Shown: piece after piece, positions 38,485 to 49,450 of the stretch
Position numbering within the stretch: position 1 is the first letter of the stretch
Layout: the number at the start of each line of letters is the position of its first letter
Source of the DNA: Escherichia phage RB32
DNA length: 64,000 nucleotides
Reading direction: 5' to 3' (one strand)
Sequence record: NC_008515.1
The notes under the pieces: model-generated
Seen by the model: the letters and a program-made list of their open reading frames with translations, nothing else
The model's database searches: none
What the model was told of the DNA's origin: nothing
Position numbers and translations under genes: made by a program

Positions 38485-40050
38485 ATGACTATCAAAACTA
38501 AAGCTGAACTTTTGAACAAATGGAAGCCATTACTGGAAGGTGAAGGTTTACCGGAAATTGCTAATAGCAAACAAGCGATTATCGCTAAAATCTTTGAAAA
38601 CCAGGAAAAAGATTTCCAGACAGCTCCAGAGTACAAAGACGAAAAAATCGCTCAGGCGTTCGGTTCTTTCTTAACAGAAGCTGAAATCGGTGGTGACCAC
38701 GGTTACAATGCTACTAACATCGCTGCTGGTCAGACTTCTGGCGCAGTAACTCAGATTGGCCCAGCTGTTATGGGTATGGTACGTCGTGCTATTCCTAACC
38801 TGATTGCTTTCGATATTTGCGGTGTTCAGCCGATGAACAGCCCGACCGGTCAGGTATTCGCACTGCGCGCAGTATATGGTAAAGACCCAATCGCTGCCGG
38901 CGCTAAAGAAGCATTCCACCCAATGTATGGTCCAGATGCAATGTTCTCTGGTCAGGGTGCTGCTAAGAAATTCGCAGCTCTGGCTGCTAGCACACAAACC
39001 ACAGTAGGTGATATCTATACTCACTTCTTCCAGGACACTGGTACTGTGTATCTGCAGGCTTCTGCTCAAGTAACAATTAGTTCTACTGCAGATGATGCAG
39101 CTAAATTAGATGCTGAAATTAAGAAACAAATGGAAGCTGGTGCACTGGTAGAAATCGCTGAAGGTATGGCTACTTCTATCGCTGAACTTCAGGAAAGTTT
39201 CAACGGTTCCACCGATAACCCATGGAATGAAATGGGCTTCCGTATCGATAAACAAGTTATCGAAGCTAAATCGCGCCAGCTGAAAGCTGCTTACTCTATC
39301 GAATTAGCACAAGACCTCCGCGCTGTTCACGGTATGGATGCTGATGCTGAACTGTCTGGTATTCTGGCTACAGAAATCATGCTGGAAATCAACCGTGAAG
39401 TCGTTGATTGGATTAACTACTCAGCTCAGGTTGGTAAATCTGGTATGACCCTGACTCCGGGTTCTAAAGCTGGTGTATTTGACTTCCAGGACCCAATCGA
39501 TATTCGTGGTGCTCGCTGGGCAGGTGAATCCTTTAAAGCTCTGTTGTTCCAGATTGACAAAGAAGCAGTTGAAATTGCTCGTCAGACCGGTCGTGGTGAA
39601 GGTAACTTCATTATCGCTTCCCGTAACGTAGTTAACGTTCTGGCTTCAGTTGATACCGGCATTTCTTATGCTGCACAGGGTCTGGCTACCGGCTTTAACA
39701 CTGATACTACCAAGTCAGTATTTGCTGGTGTTCTGGGTGGTAAATACCGTGTATATATCGACCAGTATGCTAAACAGGATTACTTCACTGTAGGTTATAA
39801 AGGTCCGAACGAAATGGATGCTGGTATTTACTACGCTCCATATGTAGCTCTGACTCCACTGCGTGGTTCTGATCCGAAGAACTTCCAACCAGTAATGGGA
39901 TTCAAAACTCGTTACGGTATCGGTATCAACCCATTTGCAGAATCCGCTGCTCAGGCTCCGGCTTCTCGCATCCAGAGCGGTATGCCTTCTATTCTGAATA
40001 GCCTTGGTAAAAACGCTTACTTCCGCCGTGTATATGTTAAAGGTATCTAA
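38485..40050 (+). CDS. 23: gp23 major capsid protein
   Basis: 521 aa; T4-codon-optimised highly expressed gene. Confidence 0.95.
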   Translation: MTIKTKAELLNKWKPLLEGEGLPEIANSKQAIIAKIFENQEKDFQTAPEYKDEKIAQAFGSFLTEAEIGGDHGYNATNIAAGQTSGAVTQIGPAVMGMVRRAIPNLIAFDICGVQPMNSPTGQVFALRAVYGKDPIAAGAKEAFHPMYGPDAMFSGQGAAKKFAALAASTQTTVGDIYTHFFQDTGTVYLQASAQVTISSTADDAAKLDAEIKKQMEAGALVEIAEGMATSIAELQESFNGSTDNPWNEMGFRIDKQVIEAKSRQLKAAYSIELAQDLRAVHGMDADAELSGILATEIMLEINREVVDWINYSAQVGKSGMTLTPGSKAGVFDFQDPIDIRGARWAGESFKALLFQIDKEAVEIARQTGRGEGNFIIASRNVVNVLASVDTGISYAAQGLATGFNTDTTKSVFAGVLGGKYRVYIDQYAKQDYFTVGYKGPNEMDAGIYYAPYVALTPLRGSDPKNFQPVMGFKTRYGIGINPFAESAAQAPASRIQSGMPSILNSLGKNAYFRRVYVKGI

Positions 40051-40065
40051 TCTTTGACGATTTAA

Positions 40066-40090
40066 GGGACCTTCGGGTCCCTTTAGTTGT
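40066..40090 (+). terminator. Intrinsic terminator after gene 23
   Basis: GGGACCTTCGGGTCCC hairpin followed by TTTAGTTGTTTTT. Confidence 0.7.
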
Positions 40091-40133
40091 TTTTATGGTA
40101 TAAATAAATCATATAAACCAAAAGGAAAGCGCA

Positions 40134-41417
40134 ATGGCTAAAATCAACGAACTTCTGCGCGAATCAACCACAACGAATAGCAACTCAATCGGTCGCCCAA
40201 ATCTCGTTGCTTTGACTCGCGCTACCACTAAATTAATATATTCTGACATTGTAGCAACGCAAAGAACTAATCAACCTGTTGCTGCTTTTTATGGTATCAA
40301 ATACCTTAACCCAGATAACGAATTTACATTTAAAACTGGTGCTACTTACGCTGGCGAAGCTGGATATGTAGATCGAGAACAAATCACGGAATTAACAGAA
40401 GAGTCTAAATTAACTCTCAATAAAGGCGATTTATTCAAATATAATAATATCGTTTATAAAGTATTAGAAGATACACCATTTGCTACCATTGAAGAAAGCG
40501 ATTTAGAATTAGCTCTTCAGATTGCAATTGTTCTTTTAAAGGTTCGTCTATTTTCTGACGCAGCGTCAACAAGCAAATTTGAAAGCTCTGATAGCGAAAT
40601 TGCGGATGCTAGATTCCAGATTAATAAATGGCAAACCGCCGTTAAATCTCGTAAACTTAAAACTGGCATTACAGTTGAATTGGCTCAAGATTTAGAAGCA
40701 AACGGATTCGACGCTCCTAATTTCCTGGAAGATTTGCTTGCAACTGAAATGGCAGATGAAATCAATAAAGATATTCTGCAGTCTTTGATTACAGTATCAA
40801 AACGTTATAAAGTTACAGGAATTACTGATACTGGATTCATTGATTTGAGTTATGCATCTGCTCCTGAAGCAGGTCGTTCATTATACCGAATGGTATGTGA
40901 AATGGTTTCGCATATCCAAAAAGAATCAACTTATACAGCAACGTTCTGTGTTGCTTCAGCTCGTGCTGCTGCGATTCTTGCTGCATCAGGTTGGTTAAAA
41001 CATAAACCAGAAGATGATAAATATCTTTCACAAAATGCCTACGGGTTCTTAGCTAATGGTTTACCGCTTTATTGCGATACTAACAGCCCATTAGATTATG
41101 TAATCGTTGGTGTAGTAGAAAATATTGGCGAAAAAGAAATTGTTGGGTCAATTTTCTATGCTCCGTATACAGAAGGTCTTGACTTAGATGACCCTGAACA
41201 TGTAGGTGCATTTAAAGTTATAGTTGACCCAGAAAGTTTGCAGCCATCTATCGGTTTATTAGTTAGATATGCTTTATCTGCAAATCCTTACACTGTAGCA
41301 AAAGATGAAAAAGAAGCAAGAATAATTGATGGTGGAGACATGGATAAAATGGCGGGTCGTTCAGATTTGTCTGTTTTATTAGGTGTTAAGCTACCAAAAA
41401 TTATTGTTGATGAATAA
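40134..41417 (+). CDS. 24: gp24 capsid vertex protein
   Basis: 427 aa; late promoter TATAAATA at 40099-40106. Confidence 0.95.
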   Translation: MAKINELLRESTTTNSNSIGRPNLVALTRATTKLIYSDIVATQRTNQPVAAFYGIKYLNPDNEFTFKTGATYAGEAGYVDREQITELTEESKLTLNKGDLFKYNNIVYKVLEDTPFATIEESDLELALQIAIVLLKVRLFSDAASTSKFESSDSEIADARFQINKWQTAVKSRKLKTGITVELAQDLEANGFDAPNFLEDLLATEMADEINKDILQSLITVSKRYKVTGITDTGFIDLSYASAPEAGRSLYRMVCEMVSHIQKESTYTATFCVASARAAAILAASGWLKHKPEDDKYLSQNAYGFLANGLPLYCDTNSPLDYVIVGVVENIGEKEIVGSIFYAPYTEGLDLDDPEHVGAFKVIVDPESLQPSIGLLVRYALSANPYTVAKDEKEARIIDGGDMDKMAGRSDLSVLLGVKLPKIIVDE

Positions 41418-41423
41418 AACAAA

Positions 41424-41445
41424 GGGACCTTTCGGTCCCTTTTTA
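41424..41445. terminator. Bidirectional terminator between gene 24 (+) and rnlB (-)
   Basis: GGGACCTTTCGGTCCC hairpin flanked by A-run and T-run. Confidence 0.65.
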
Positions 41446-41446
41446 T

Positions 41447-42451
41447 TTAACTTACCAATTCAATCCAAGCCGGACGAAGTACATCTTGTACCATTTTAAC
41501 TAATTCCTTTTTAATCAAAGAAGGATTATCCGCTTGAGTTAGAGTAATACCTTCACGAGAAGTTTCTTCCAAAATATCTTGAACAGTTAGTCCCATCACC
41601 TTTCCAAAATCTTTTGGACCAATTTCGCCAATTTTAGAAATAACGTTATTTATCCGGTTCAGTGTAACGTAGCAAGCTAAAATTCCCAGCAATTTATTAT
41701 CAGCTTCTGACAGCTCAACTTTAGCTTTAATAGGCTTATCAGACTTTTTCTTTTCGCTAAATTTAGAGTTCTTGCATTTAATCGCTACACGATTGCCATT
41801 AGGCATCCAAGAAGGATAACAAGGTTTCAATACATATCCTTCAGCGGTAAATACTTCGCCTTTTGCTTTGGCATTCCAGACGCATTTATTTGCATCAACT
41901 AATCCAGCATGGTCTACTGTAAAATTATAATCTTGGACGACAGAATCTAAATCATTTGGCAATTTAATAAGCTCTTCAAATTTACCACGACCTAAAAGTG
42001 GAGCCATTTTAAATTTAAATGTATTACAGAATGATTCCATCATATAATCATCGACATAAGTCACATCACCACTTTCTGTAGTGACAATAATGTCAAATAC
42101 ATAAAAATCTTTATCGCCATAATCGACATTCTTCTGAATGCCAGGTCCAGCGAATTCGCCAAAGACTTGATAAGATACAACCGCTGAGGTTTCCATAATA
42201 TCTTGTACTGCTTTAATAGAATCTTTGTAATTCTTTAGAATAATTTCATACCCAAAGAAATCTTCAGCAGGAAGAATCGGTCCAGTACGTTTAGCACAAG
42301 TTGCTTTATCGCGCTCAATAATCAACGAGAAATTTGTACCATGAATCTTTTCACGAGCTACCCATTCGCCGCCAGTCAATCCCAAGCTATAAAGTTTTTC
42401 AATAAATTTAGAGTTGTAATGATTTTCAAGACTGCTATACTTTTTAAACAT
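41447..42451 (-). CDS. rnlB: RNA ligase 2
   Basis: 334 aa; nucleotidyltransferase motif I KIHGTN. Confidence 0.9.
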   Translation of the reverse strand: MFKKYSSLENHYNSKFIEKLYSLGLTGGEWVAREKIHGTNFSLIIERDKATCAKRTGPILPAEDFFGYEIILKNYKDSIKAVQDIMETSAVVSYQVFGEFAGPGIQKNVDYGDKDFYVFDIIVTTESGDVTYVDDYMMESFCNTFKFKMAPLLGRGKFEELIKLPNDLDSVVQDYNFTVDHAGLVDANKCVWNAKAKGEVFTAEGYVLKPCYPSWMPNGNRVAIKCKNSKFSEKKKSDKPIKAKVELSEADNKLLGILACYVTLNRINNVISKIGEIGPKDFGKVMGLTVQDILEETSREGITLTQADNPSLIKKELVKMVQDVLRPAWIELVS

Positions 42452-42460
42452 AATTAATCC

Positions 42461-42739
42461 TCAAAATGTAATTTCTAACCAATCACCATCACGCTGATCA
42501 CTATTAACTTTAAAGCTGAATCCTTCTTTTCTCAGCCAATCACCAATTTCTTCAGTAATCAATTTATCACGAGCAGTACAATAATAACTAAAATATGTTT
42601 TACCTTGTTCAGCTGCTTTATTAGCAAGTTCCGAAAAATCTTTAATAAAACACTCTAGCTTAAACTGTTTGCTTTTAAGTGCTTTTTCGCGTAATTGATT
42701 AGCAAAAGATTCATTTTCATAAAGATCATACTGTTCCAT
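42461..42739 (-). CDS. Small conserved protein (T4 24.2 position)
   Basis: 92 aa ORF between rnlB and hoc. Confidence 0.6.
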   Translation of the reverse strand: MEQYDLYENESFANQLREKALKSKQFKLECFIKDFSELANKAAEQGKTYFSYYCTARDKLITEEIGDWLRKEGFSFKVNSDQRDGDWLEITF

Positions 42740-42941
42740 TTTTCACCTTTTTATTAATATGTCTTTTTCTATAGACAACTTTTTCTCGAGTCTCAAATTT
42801 ATTCTTAGCAGTCATAGCTCGAGCCCATAATACAGCCACTTCTTTTGCCTGTAAGTTCAATTCACGAGCAATTTCAATGAATGACTTTCCAGACTCATGA
42901 AGAGTAAACACCACAACCTCAGTTCTCATAATCAATCTCAT
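42726..42941 (-). CDS. Small basic protein with possible HTH (T4 24.3 position)
   Basis: 71 aa; segment SFIEIARELNLQAKEVAVLWARA resembles an HTH. Confidence 0.55.
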   Translation of the reverse strand: MRLIMRTEVVVFTLHESGKSFIEIARELNLQAKEVAVLWARAMTAKNKFETREKVVYRKRHINKKVKNGTV

Positions 42942-43029
42942 GTTATCGAGTTGGTGCCATTATATACATCATTTTCTGATTGTGTTTTGTGTGCTTTCAA
43001 AATGAAGAAAGGGGCCGAAGCCCCTACGA

Positions 43030-44160
43030 TTATGGATAGGTATAGATGATACCAGTTTCTAAAGCAGTTTTATGAATGATGTATCCATTACGCGATTCTT
43101 GGACATCAACTTCTGGATAATCTTTCATCATCTTCTGGAGAGTGTAACGATGCAAGTAGTACTTACTATCTGGATCGTCAGTTTTCCAATCTTTACCTTC
43201 TTCGGTCATTTTTTGGATTTCATCCATAACCCACCAACCGCACCAGATGTAAGCTGAAGTACGATGTGGAAGAGGATGAACATAAGGCAATTCACCTTCT
43301 GGTTCTGGAGCAACTTTATCAGTTACCTGAACTTGACCTTCTGCTGTAATAGTTTTGCTATCATAATCAGTAGCAGTAACAGTTGCAGTAACTTCAATAG
43401 TTTGACTTCCAATAGATGAGGTATCAACTGTATACACATTAGTCGATCCTTCTACAGGAGAAGAGTCTTTCTTCCATGAATAAGTAATTTGCGCTTCTTC
43501 TGGAGCATCAGTGACATTAGCAGTAAATGTAGCCGAAGCATCTTGCTGAACATTAATAGAAGGAGGAGTCAATGTAACCTGTGGATTCATTGTCTTTTTA
43601 TTAACCGTCAATGATACTTCATTGGAAGTAACTTCCTTTTCATTATAATTTTCTGCAGTTACTTGGGCTACACACTTAATTTTTTTAACTCCGCTTGTAG
43701 TAGGAGTATAATTGAATGTAGCAGAAGTTGCTTCGCCCACAGGAGAATCGTCAACGTACCATTGATACGTAGCAGTTGCGCCCGATGGCTGCGAAGCTAA
43801 AGCAGCAGTAAATTCAACAGCTGTTCCGATTACTCCAGCAGCAGGACTATCAGGAGTTACAGCTAAGGTAGTTGTCTGCGTCTTATTTTGAACTGTGATA
43901 GTTGTACTAATTTCAGCTGTTTCAGCTTCAGCTTCTGGAACTGTATTTGTTGCAACCACTTTAATAGTCTTTTGACCAGCAGGTCCTTTTAATACATAAT
44001 TAAAGGTTGCTTCAGCTCCATCCTGTGGAACATTATCTACACTCCAAGCATAGGTAATAGTTCCACCTTCAGTTTGACCACTGGGTGCAGCAGTAAACTG
44101 CTTGGTTTCATCAATAACCCCCGTTGGTGTTTTAGGAGTTATATCAACTGTAAAAGTCAT
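43030..44160 (-). CDS. hoc: Hoc, highly immunogenic outer capsid protein
   Basis: 376 aa; repeated Thr/Val-rich Ig-like modules; GGGGCCGAAGCCCC hairpin downstream. Confidence 0.9.
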   Translation of the reverse strand: MTFTVDITPKTPTGVIDETKQFTAAPSGQTEGGTITYAWSVDNVPQDGAEATFNYVLKGPAGQKTIKVVATNTVPEAEAETAEISTTITVQNKTQTTTLAVTPDSPAAGVIGTAVEFTAALASQPSGATATYQWYVDDSPVGEATSATFNYTPTTSGVKKIKCVAQVTAENYNEKEVTSNEVSLTVNKKTMNPQVTLTPPSINVQQDASATFTANVTDAPEEAQITYSWKKDSSPVEGSTNVYTVDTSSIGSQTIEVTATVTATDYDSKTITAEGQVQVTDKVAPEPEGELPYVHPLPHRTSAYIWCGWWVMDEIQKMTEEGKDWKTDDPDSKYYLHRYTLQKMMKDYPEVDVQESRNGYIIHKTALETGIIYTYP

Positions 44161-44169
44161 AAGTTATCC

Positions 44170-44850
44170 TTATTTTAATGTTACGAAAGAAGAATTACGT
44201 GTTTCACGAATTAGAACTGATCCGTCACGATTAATGTAGTAAATTAAGCTAAATAAAGTTTGGTGTGCCGATGCGTGTTCAAAACTAGTTGGGTGAGATT
44301 TCCAATCTGGAGTTTCAGCAATCCACTGGTAAATCCACCAAGGAACAGTGCAGAATCCTGGATTTTTTCCAATCAGCTGAAGATTCGGGCTAAAGTTTTT
44401 CGGAAGAGTAAATACAGACGGCTTTTCAGATTCAATAATCTCAGCTACAGCCTGTTCGAATTTTTCTTCAACAAAAGGAGTATCTTCAATTAAAACATCG
44501 GTATTTTCAGGAATTTTATCCGTTTCTACTACTTCAATTTTAATGTCAGATTTAACCGGAGAATCAATCAGAAGTGCTGCTTCTGGATTGACTTCTTCAT
44601 CGTCATATTTTAACCCCTCTGCGGCATCAGCAGCATTGATTAAGTCTTTAATAGATAACCCATCAGTCTCTGGCATAGGTTCACTAGCGAGCTTCTGGAG
44701 GGCTTCTTCAATATCAATAACGATATTATCAAAAGATTTATTCTTTTTGACCTTTATACCAAACTGTTCAGCATATTCAGCTAATTTAGCTTTAGCTTCT
44801 TTATTATCATCAAGAGCCTTCAGCTCTGCAATATAATCTTTATCTATCAT
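44170..44850 (-). CDS. inh: Inh, inhibitor of prohead protease gp21
   Basis: 226 aa, position between hoc and uvsW. Confidence 0.85.
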   Translation of the reverse strand: MIDKDYIAELKALDDNKEAKAKLAEYAEQFGIKVKKNKSFDNIVIDIEEALQKLASEPMPETDGLSIKDLINAADAAEGLKYDDEEVNPEAALLIDSPVKSDIKIEVVETDKIPENTDVLIEDTPFVEEKFEQAVAEIIESEKPSVFTLPKNFSPNLQLIGKNPGFCTVPWWIYQWIAETPDWKSHPTSFEHASAHQTLFSLIYYINRDGSVLIRETRNSSFVTLK

Positions 44851-44900
44851 AATATTTCCTCAGTATAAATATAGATATATTTATTACATGGTATTTAGAC

Positions 44901-46412
44901 ATGACTGACATTAAAGTACATTTTTATGATTTTAGTCACGTGAGAATTGATTGTGAAGAAAGTACATTTCATGAACTCCGTGATTTCTTTAGCTTTGAAG
45001 CTGATGGGTATCGTTTTAATCCGAAGTACAGATATGGCCACTGGGATGGACGAATCCGTCTTTTAGATTATAATCGTCTTCTTCCATTCGGCTTAGTCGG
45101 GCAAATTAAAAAGTTCTGTGATAACTTTGGCTATAAAGCCTGGATTGACCCACAAATTAACGAAAAAGAAGAATTATCAAGAAAAGATTTTGATGAATGG
45201 CTTTCTAAATTAGAAATCTATTCAGGAAATAAAAGAATTGAACCACACTGGTATCAAAAAGATGCAGTGTTTGAAGGATTAGTTAATCGTCGTAGAATTC
45301 TTAATCTTCCAACATCCGCTGGTAAATCGTTAATTCAAGCTTTGCTTGCGCGATATTATTTGGAAAATTATGAAGGTAAAATTCTTATCATTGTTCCAAC
45401 AACTGCTCTGACAACTCAGATGGCTGATGACTTTGTTGACTATCGTTTATTCAGTCATGCAATGATAAAGAAAATCGGTGGCGGAGCATCAAAAGATGAT
45501 AAATATAAAAATGATGCACCAGTCGTTGTTGGTACATGGCAAACTGTAGTAAAACAACCGAAAGAATGGTTCTCACAGTTTGGAATGATGATGAATGATG
45601 AATGCCATCTTGCTACAGGAAAAAGTATTTCATCTATCATATCAGGTCTAAATAACTGCATGTTTAAATTTGGTCTATCAGGTTCATTACGTGATGGCAA
45701 AGCCAATATCATGCAGTACGTTGGAATGTTTGGTGAAATATTTAAGCCAGTAACGACTTCTAAATTAATGGAAGATGGACAAGTAACTGAGTTAAAAATT
45801 AATAGTATTTTTCTTCGTTATCCTGATGAGTTTACTACTAAATTAAAGGGAAAAACTTACCAAGAAGAAATAAAAATTATTACTGGGCTTAGTAAAAGAA
45901 ATAAATGGATCGCTAAATTAGCTATTAAGCTTGCGCAAAAAGATGAAAACGCTTTTGTCATGTTTAAACATGTATCGCATGGTAAAGCTATTTTCGATTT
46001 AATTAAAAATGAATACGATAAAGTTTATTACGTATCAGGGGAAGTTGATACCGAAACCCGCAATATAATGAAAACCTTAGCTGAAAATGGTAAAGGAATA
46101 ATTATAGTAGCTAGTTATGGTGTATTTTCTACTGGTATTTCAGTTAAAAATCTGCATCACGTTGTTTTAGCGCACGGTGTTAAATCAAAAATCATTGTAT
46201 TACAAACAATCGGTCGTGTATTACGTAAGCATGGTTCTAAGACAATAGCAACAGTCTGGGACCTCATAGATGATTGTGGTGTTAAGCCAAAATCTGCTAA
46301 TACGAAAAAGAAATATGTTCATTTGAACTATCTTTTAAAACACGGCATTGATCGTATTCAGCGCTACGCAGATGAAAAATTTAATTACGTAATGAAAACA
46401 GTTAATTTATAA
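44901..46412 (+). CDS. uvsW: UvsW RNA-DNA/DNA-DNA helicase
   Basis: 503 aa; Walker A PTSAGKS and DECH box; TATAAATA at 44864-44871. Confidence 0.9.
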   Translation: MTDIKVHFYDFSHVRIDCEESTFHELRDFFSFEADGYRFNPKYRYGHWDGRIRLLDYNRLLPFGLVGQIKKFCDNFGYKAWIDPQINEKEELSRKDFDEWLSKLEIYSGNKRIEPHWYQKDAVFEGLVNRRRILNLPTSAGKSLIQALLARYYLENYEGKILIIVPTTALTTQMADDFVDYRLFSHAMIKKIGGGASKDDKYKNDAPVVVGTWQTVVKQPKEWFSQFGMMMNDECHLATGKSISSIISGLNNCMFKFGLSGSLRDGKANIMQYVGMFGEIFKPVTTSKLMEDGQVTELKINSIFLRYPDEFTTKLKGKTYQEEIKIITGLSKRNKWIAKLAIKLAQKDENAFVMFKHVSHGKAIFDLIKNEYDKVYYVSGEVDTETRNIMKTLAENGKGIIIVASYGVFSTGISVKNLHHVVLAHGVKSKIIVLQTIGRVLRKHGSKTIATVWDLIDDCGVKPKSANTKKKYVHLNYLLKHGIDRIQRYADEKFNYVMKTVNL

Positions 46413-46437
46413 GGGCTTCGGCCCTTTGGAGAAAAAG

Positions 46438-46668
46438 ATGTTACTAGAATTTAAACAATTTCTTTATGAAGCTTCTATTGATGAATTTATGGGTAAAATT
46501 GCCTCTTGTCAAACATTAGAAGGTTTAGAAGAACTTGAAGCTTATTATAAGAAAAGAGTCAAAGAAACTGAATTAAAAGATACTGATGACATCTCTGTGA
46601 GAGATGCTTTGGCAGGAAAAAGAGCTGAATTAGAAGATTCAGACGATGAAGTAGAAGAAAGCTTTTAA
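46438..46668 (+). CDS. uvsW.1: UvsW.1 small acidic protein
   Basis: ATG with GGAGA SD right after the uvsW hairpin; 76 aa (ORF track 80 aa begins at TTG). Confidence 0.75.
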   Translation: MLLEFKQFLYEASIDEFMGKIASCQTLEGLEELEAYYKKRVKETELKDTDDISVRDALAGKRAELEDSDDEVEESF

Positions 46669-46723
46669 ATTAAAAAAGGCCCAACCAAAAAGGAAGGGCC
46701 AAAACTATAGACTAAAGGTCACA

Positions 46724-46891
46724 CTATAGCAAAAGTTGTGTTTCATTTAATTGTTCTTCCGAACTTTCTGAAACTGGTAGTTCTTTAATGTAATTATAAC
46801 AAGGCCCAGGATGTACAGGACCTTTGTCTGTTTCAACAACCAATGCAGAATCGATTGGAGTTTTACAGACAACACAAATCTTATCTGACAT
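46724..46891 (-). CDS. Small Cys-containing protein, 55 aa (T4 uvsY.-2 position)
   Basis: ATG with GGAG SD; MSDKICVVCKTP...PCYNY; TATAAATA (minus) at 46917-46924; below the ORF-track length cutoff. Confidence 0.55.
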   Translation of the reverse strand: MSDKICVVCKTPIDSALVVETDKGPVHPGPCYNYIKELPVSESSEEQLNETQLLL

Positions 46892-46919
46892 GATTGTCTC
46901 CTCTAAATTATATATCTAT

Positions 46920-47216
46920 TTATACAACTCTCATATGCATATCAATGCCCATATCTTTAGAATAAAAATATTCATCAAGATATCCGGCAAATTTTCCTTT
47001 AATATAAAGGACATCTTCACCACATGGATGGTCGGCCAGGATACGAATATCCTGACGCTTAAGATTATGCTTTTTCATTAAGAATTGAATTTCCGTTTCA
47101 AATTCTTCTTCATAATTAAAAGCATCATCAATACTATATCTCTCATTATTTTCCAGCCTCAAATGCTCGCATGTCTTGAATATGCTTAATAGCAAATCCA
47201 CGTGATTTAATAGCAT
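46920..47216 (-). CDS. Small protein downstream of uvsY (T4 uvsY.-1 position); start uncertain
   Basis: ORF track 46920..47273 starts at TTG and overlaps uvsY by 128 nt; internal ATG at 47214-47216 has a GGAG SD. Confidence 0.45.
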   Translation of the reverse strand: MLLNHVDLLLSIFKTCEHLRLENNERYSIDDAFNYEEEFETEIQFLMKKHNLKRQDIRILADHPCGEDVLYIKGKFAGYLDEYFYSKDMGIDMHMRVV

Positions 47217-47559
47217 CAAGAGCTCCGCTACAGAAATCCAATAAAATCCCCCAATACTGTAACGAGGTATCAACCTTTAAAACATCCTTATCAGCTGATA
47301 GAACTGTCTTCATTTCTGATTTCTCGTAACGATCCATACTAAATTCATCACCATCTCCTCGTCCCGAGTAGTAGTCTAATTTAGCTTTAAGAGCAACTTT
47401 TTTCTGTGCGTCAATTCTAAGCATTTCCTTTTTAATACTTGAATGCTTATTAAGCCATTTACTATATAACATCACATTATTAGCTGCTTCATACTGTAAT
47501 TTAGTCGAATCTATAAACACATCTTTCTTCAATTCTTCTTGAAGATCTTCTAATCTCAT
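47146..47559 (-). CDS. uvsY: UvsY recombination mediator protein
   Basis: 137 aa as in T4. Confidence 0.9.
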   Translation of the reverse strand: MRLEDLQEELKKDVFIDSTKLQYEAANNVMLYSKWLNKHSSIKKEMLRIDAQKKVALKAKLDYYSGRGDGDEFSMDRYEKSEMKTVLSADKDVLKVDTSLQYWGILLDFCSGALDAIKSRGFAIKHIQDMRAFEAGK

Positions 47560-47625
47560 ATTGTTCTCTATTCAATTGTTATTGGATGGACTTAGATTCA
47601 TTATACCACGTTTATACGTGAAGCA

Positions 47626-48024
47626 TTATACTCTATTACTAGAAGCCAATTGCAGTTTTATCTGCTCAATATCATCGGGGTTATCGATGACCGAAAAGCG
47701 TATTTCTACTATCAGAGTATAATCATCATAAACGGGTATCACATTAACTGATAATTTATCAATACGCGGCTCATAGTTTCTTACTGCGCTTTCGATATTG
47801 CGCTCAACTGTATCAGCAGTAAGAGGAGTCATATTTTCAAAAAGCTGGTCTGATAAATCACATCCAAATTCAGGGTCAAACGGTCTTGAACCTTTTCTTG
47901 TTGTAATAATTCCCAAAAGACTGTTTTTAATTGACCTTAATCCAAGTGATCTGGAAACATCTTTGTTCCAATCCATTTTCATTTCCGGGTCAATATCAGA
48001 ATAAAGCTTATTAATATTTGCCAT
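47626..48024 (-). CDS. 25: gp25 baseplate wedge protein (lysozyme-like fold)
   Basis: 132 aa as in T4. Confidence 0.9.
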   Translation of the reverse strand: MANINKLYSDIDPEMKMDWNKDVSRSLGLRSIKNSLLGIITTRKGSRPFDPEFGCDLSDQLFENMTPLTADTVERNIESAVRNYEPRIDKLSVNVIPVYDDYTLIVEIRFSVIDNPDDIEQIKLQLASSNRV

Positions 48025-48650
48025 TATAGTAACTCAAAGAACTCTTTGAGGCCTCTTATTACGTGAGCATGGGTTTTTCCACACTCTGGACACTTAATTG
48101 GAACAGCCAAATAAACGGTAGGCTTTAAAAGCATATCTTTTATAGCTACAATATCTGACTCTGTGATGATAGAATATAAATCTTCTAGTTCCTTTTCATT
48201 TAAGTCTTCAACTGGAATGCTTTCCCCGTTAGCATGAATCGTTTCTATACATGATACTATCATGTGGGCTATATTTTTATCATCAAAAATTTTAGGGTAT
48301 CGGAATTTAATTTTAATGTCACCCAGTGTATACCAGAGGTCTTCTGGTGCATCTATTTGTGTGTGTAATAGATTTATATGGGTTGGTATTTCAGTTCCAC
48401 AGGTGCACTTCCAGGAGTTTTCGTGATTAACTTCGCCGAGAGAATGTGCCCATAAATGAATCAACAATAGTTCTGATTCTTGGCGGTTTAAATCTTTTGC
48501 ATTTGTGCAGTCTTTGATTAGCTTTTTAACAATTACTTCTACAGAACCATTATTTTTGGCAGTAATAAGTTCTAGATATTCTTTAAGCGTGAATGCGCGA
48601 CAATTGATTATTTTAGAACCAACTCTCACATCAAATTTGTATTCATACAT
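48024..48650 (-). CDS. 26: gp26 baseplate hub protein
   Basis: 208 aa as in T4. Confidence 0.9.
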   Translation of the reverse strand: MYEYKFDVRVGSKIINCRAFTLKEYLELITAKNNGSVEVIVKKLIKDCTNAKDLNRQESELLLIHLWAHSLGEVNHENSWKCTCGTEIPTHINLLHTQIDAPEDLWYTLGDIKIKFRYPKIFDDKNIAHMIVSCIETIHANGESIPVEDLNEKELEDLYSIITESDIVAIKDMLLKPTVYLAVPIKCPECGKTHAHVIRGLKEFFELL

Positions 48651-48671
48651 ATTTAGCTCCTTTATTTATCA

Positions 48672-48683
48672 TATTTATAAATA
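48672..48683. promoter_or_regulatory. Overlapping divergent late promoters (TATTTATAAATA) for genes 26 (-) and 51 (+)
   Basis: TATAAATA readable on both strands within a 12-bp element between divergent late genes. Confidence 0.55.
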
Positions 48684-48700
48684 GAATAAAAGGAGCATCT

Positions 48701-49450
48701 ATGGCAAACATTATTCGTTGTAAATTACCAGATGGTGTTCATCGTTTTAAACCATTTACGGTAGAAGATTATCGAGATTTTTTGTTAGTTCGAAACGATA
48801 TAGAACATCGGTCACCACAAGAACAAAAAGAAATAATTACTGATTTAATTGATGATTATTTTGGAGACTATCCGAAGACTTGGCAACCATTTATATTTTT
48901 GCAGGTATTTGTAGGGTCAATAGGTAAAACAAAAGTACCAGTCACATTCGTATGTCCAAAATGTAAAAAAGAAAAGACAGTTCCATTTGAAATATATCAA
49001 AAAGAATTAAAGGAACCTGTTTTTGATGTAGCTAATGTTAAAATTAAATTAAAGTTTCCTTCTGAGTTTTATGAAAATAAAGCAAAGATGATTACTGAAA
49101 ATATTCATTCTGTTCAAGTAGATGAAATATGGTATGATTGGAAGGAAATTAGCGAATCAAGTCAAATAGAACTTGTTGACGCCATCGAGATAGAAACATT
49201 AGAAAAAATTCTCGATTCAATGAATCCTATTAATTTAACATTGCACATGTCGTGTTGTAATAAGTATGTAAAAAAATACACTGATGTAGTAGATGTGTTT
49301 AAGCTATTAGTTAACCCAGATGAAATATTTACTTTTTATCAAATTAATCACACACTTGTAAAAAGTAATTATAGCTTAAATTCAATAATGAAAATGATTC
49401 CTGCCGAGCGCGGATTCGTATTAAAACTGATTGAGAAGGATAAACAATAA
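48701..49450 (+). CDS. 51: gp51 baseplate hub assembly catalyst
   Basis: 249 aa. Confidence 0.9.
   Translation: MANIIRCKLPDGVHRFKPFTVEDYRDFLLVRNDIEHRSPQEQKEIITDLIDDYFGDYPKTWQPFIFLQVFVGSIGKTKVPVTFVCPKCKKEKTVPFEIYQKELKEPVFDVANVKIKLKFPSEFYENKAKMITENIHSVQVDEIWYDWKEISESSQIELVDAIEIETLEKILDSMNPINLTLHMSCCNKYVKKYTDVVDVFKLLVNPDEIFTFYQINHTLVKSNYSLNSIMKMIPAERGFVLKLIEKDKQ

Noticed and set aside
37818-39069. Minus-strand ORFs (114 and 132 aa) inside genes 22 and 23
   Set aside because: Embedded antisense in highly expressed, well-identified structural genes; no promoter or SD.
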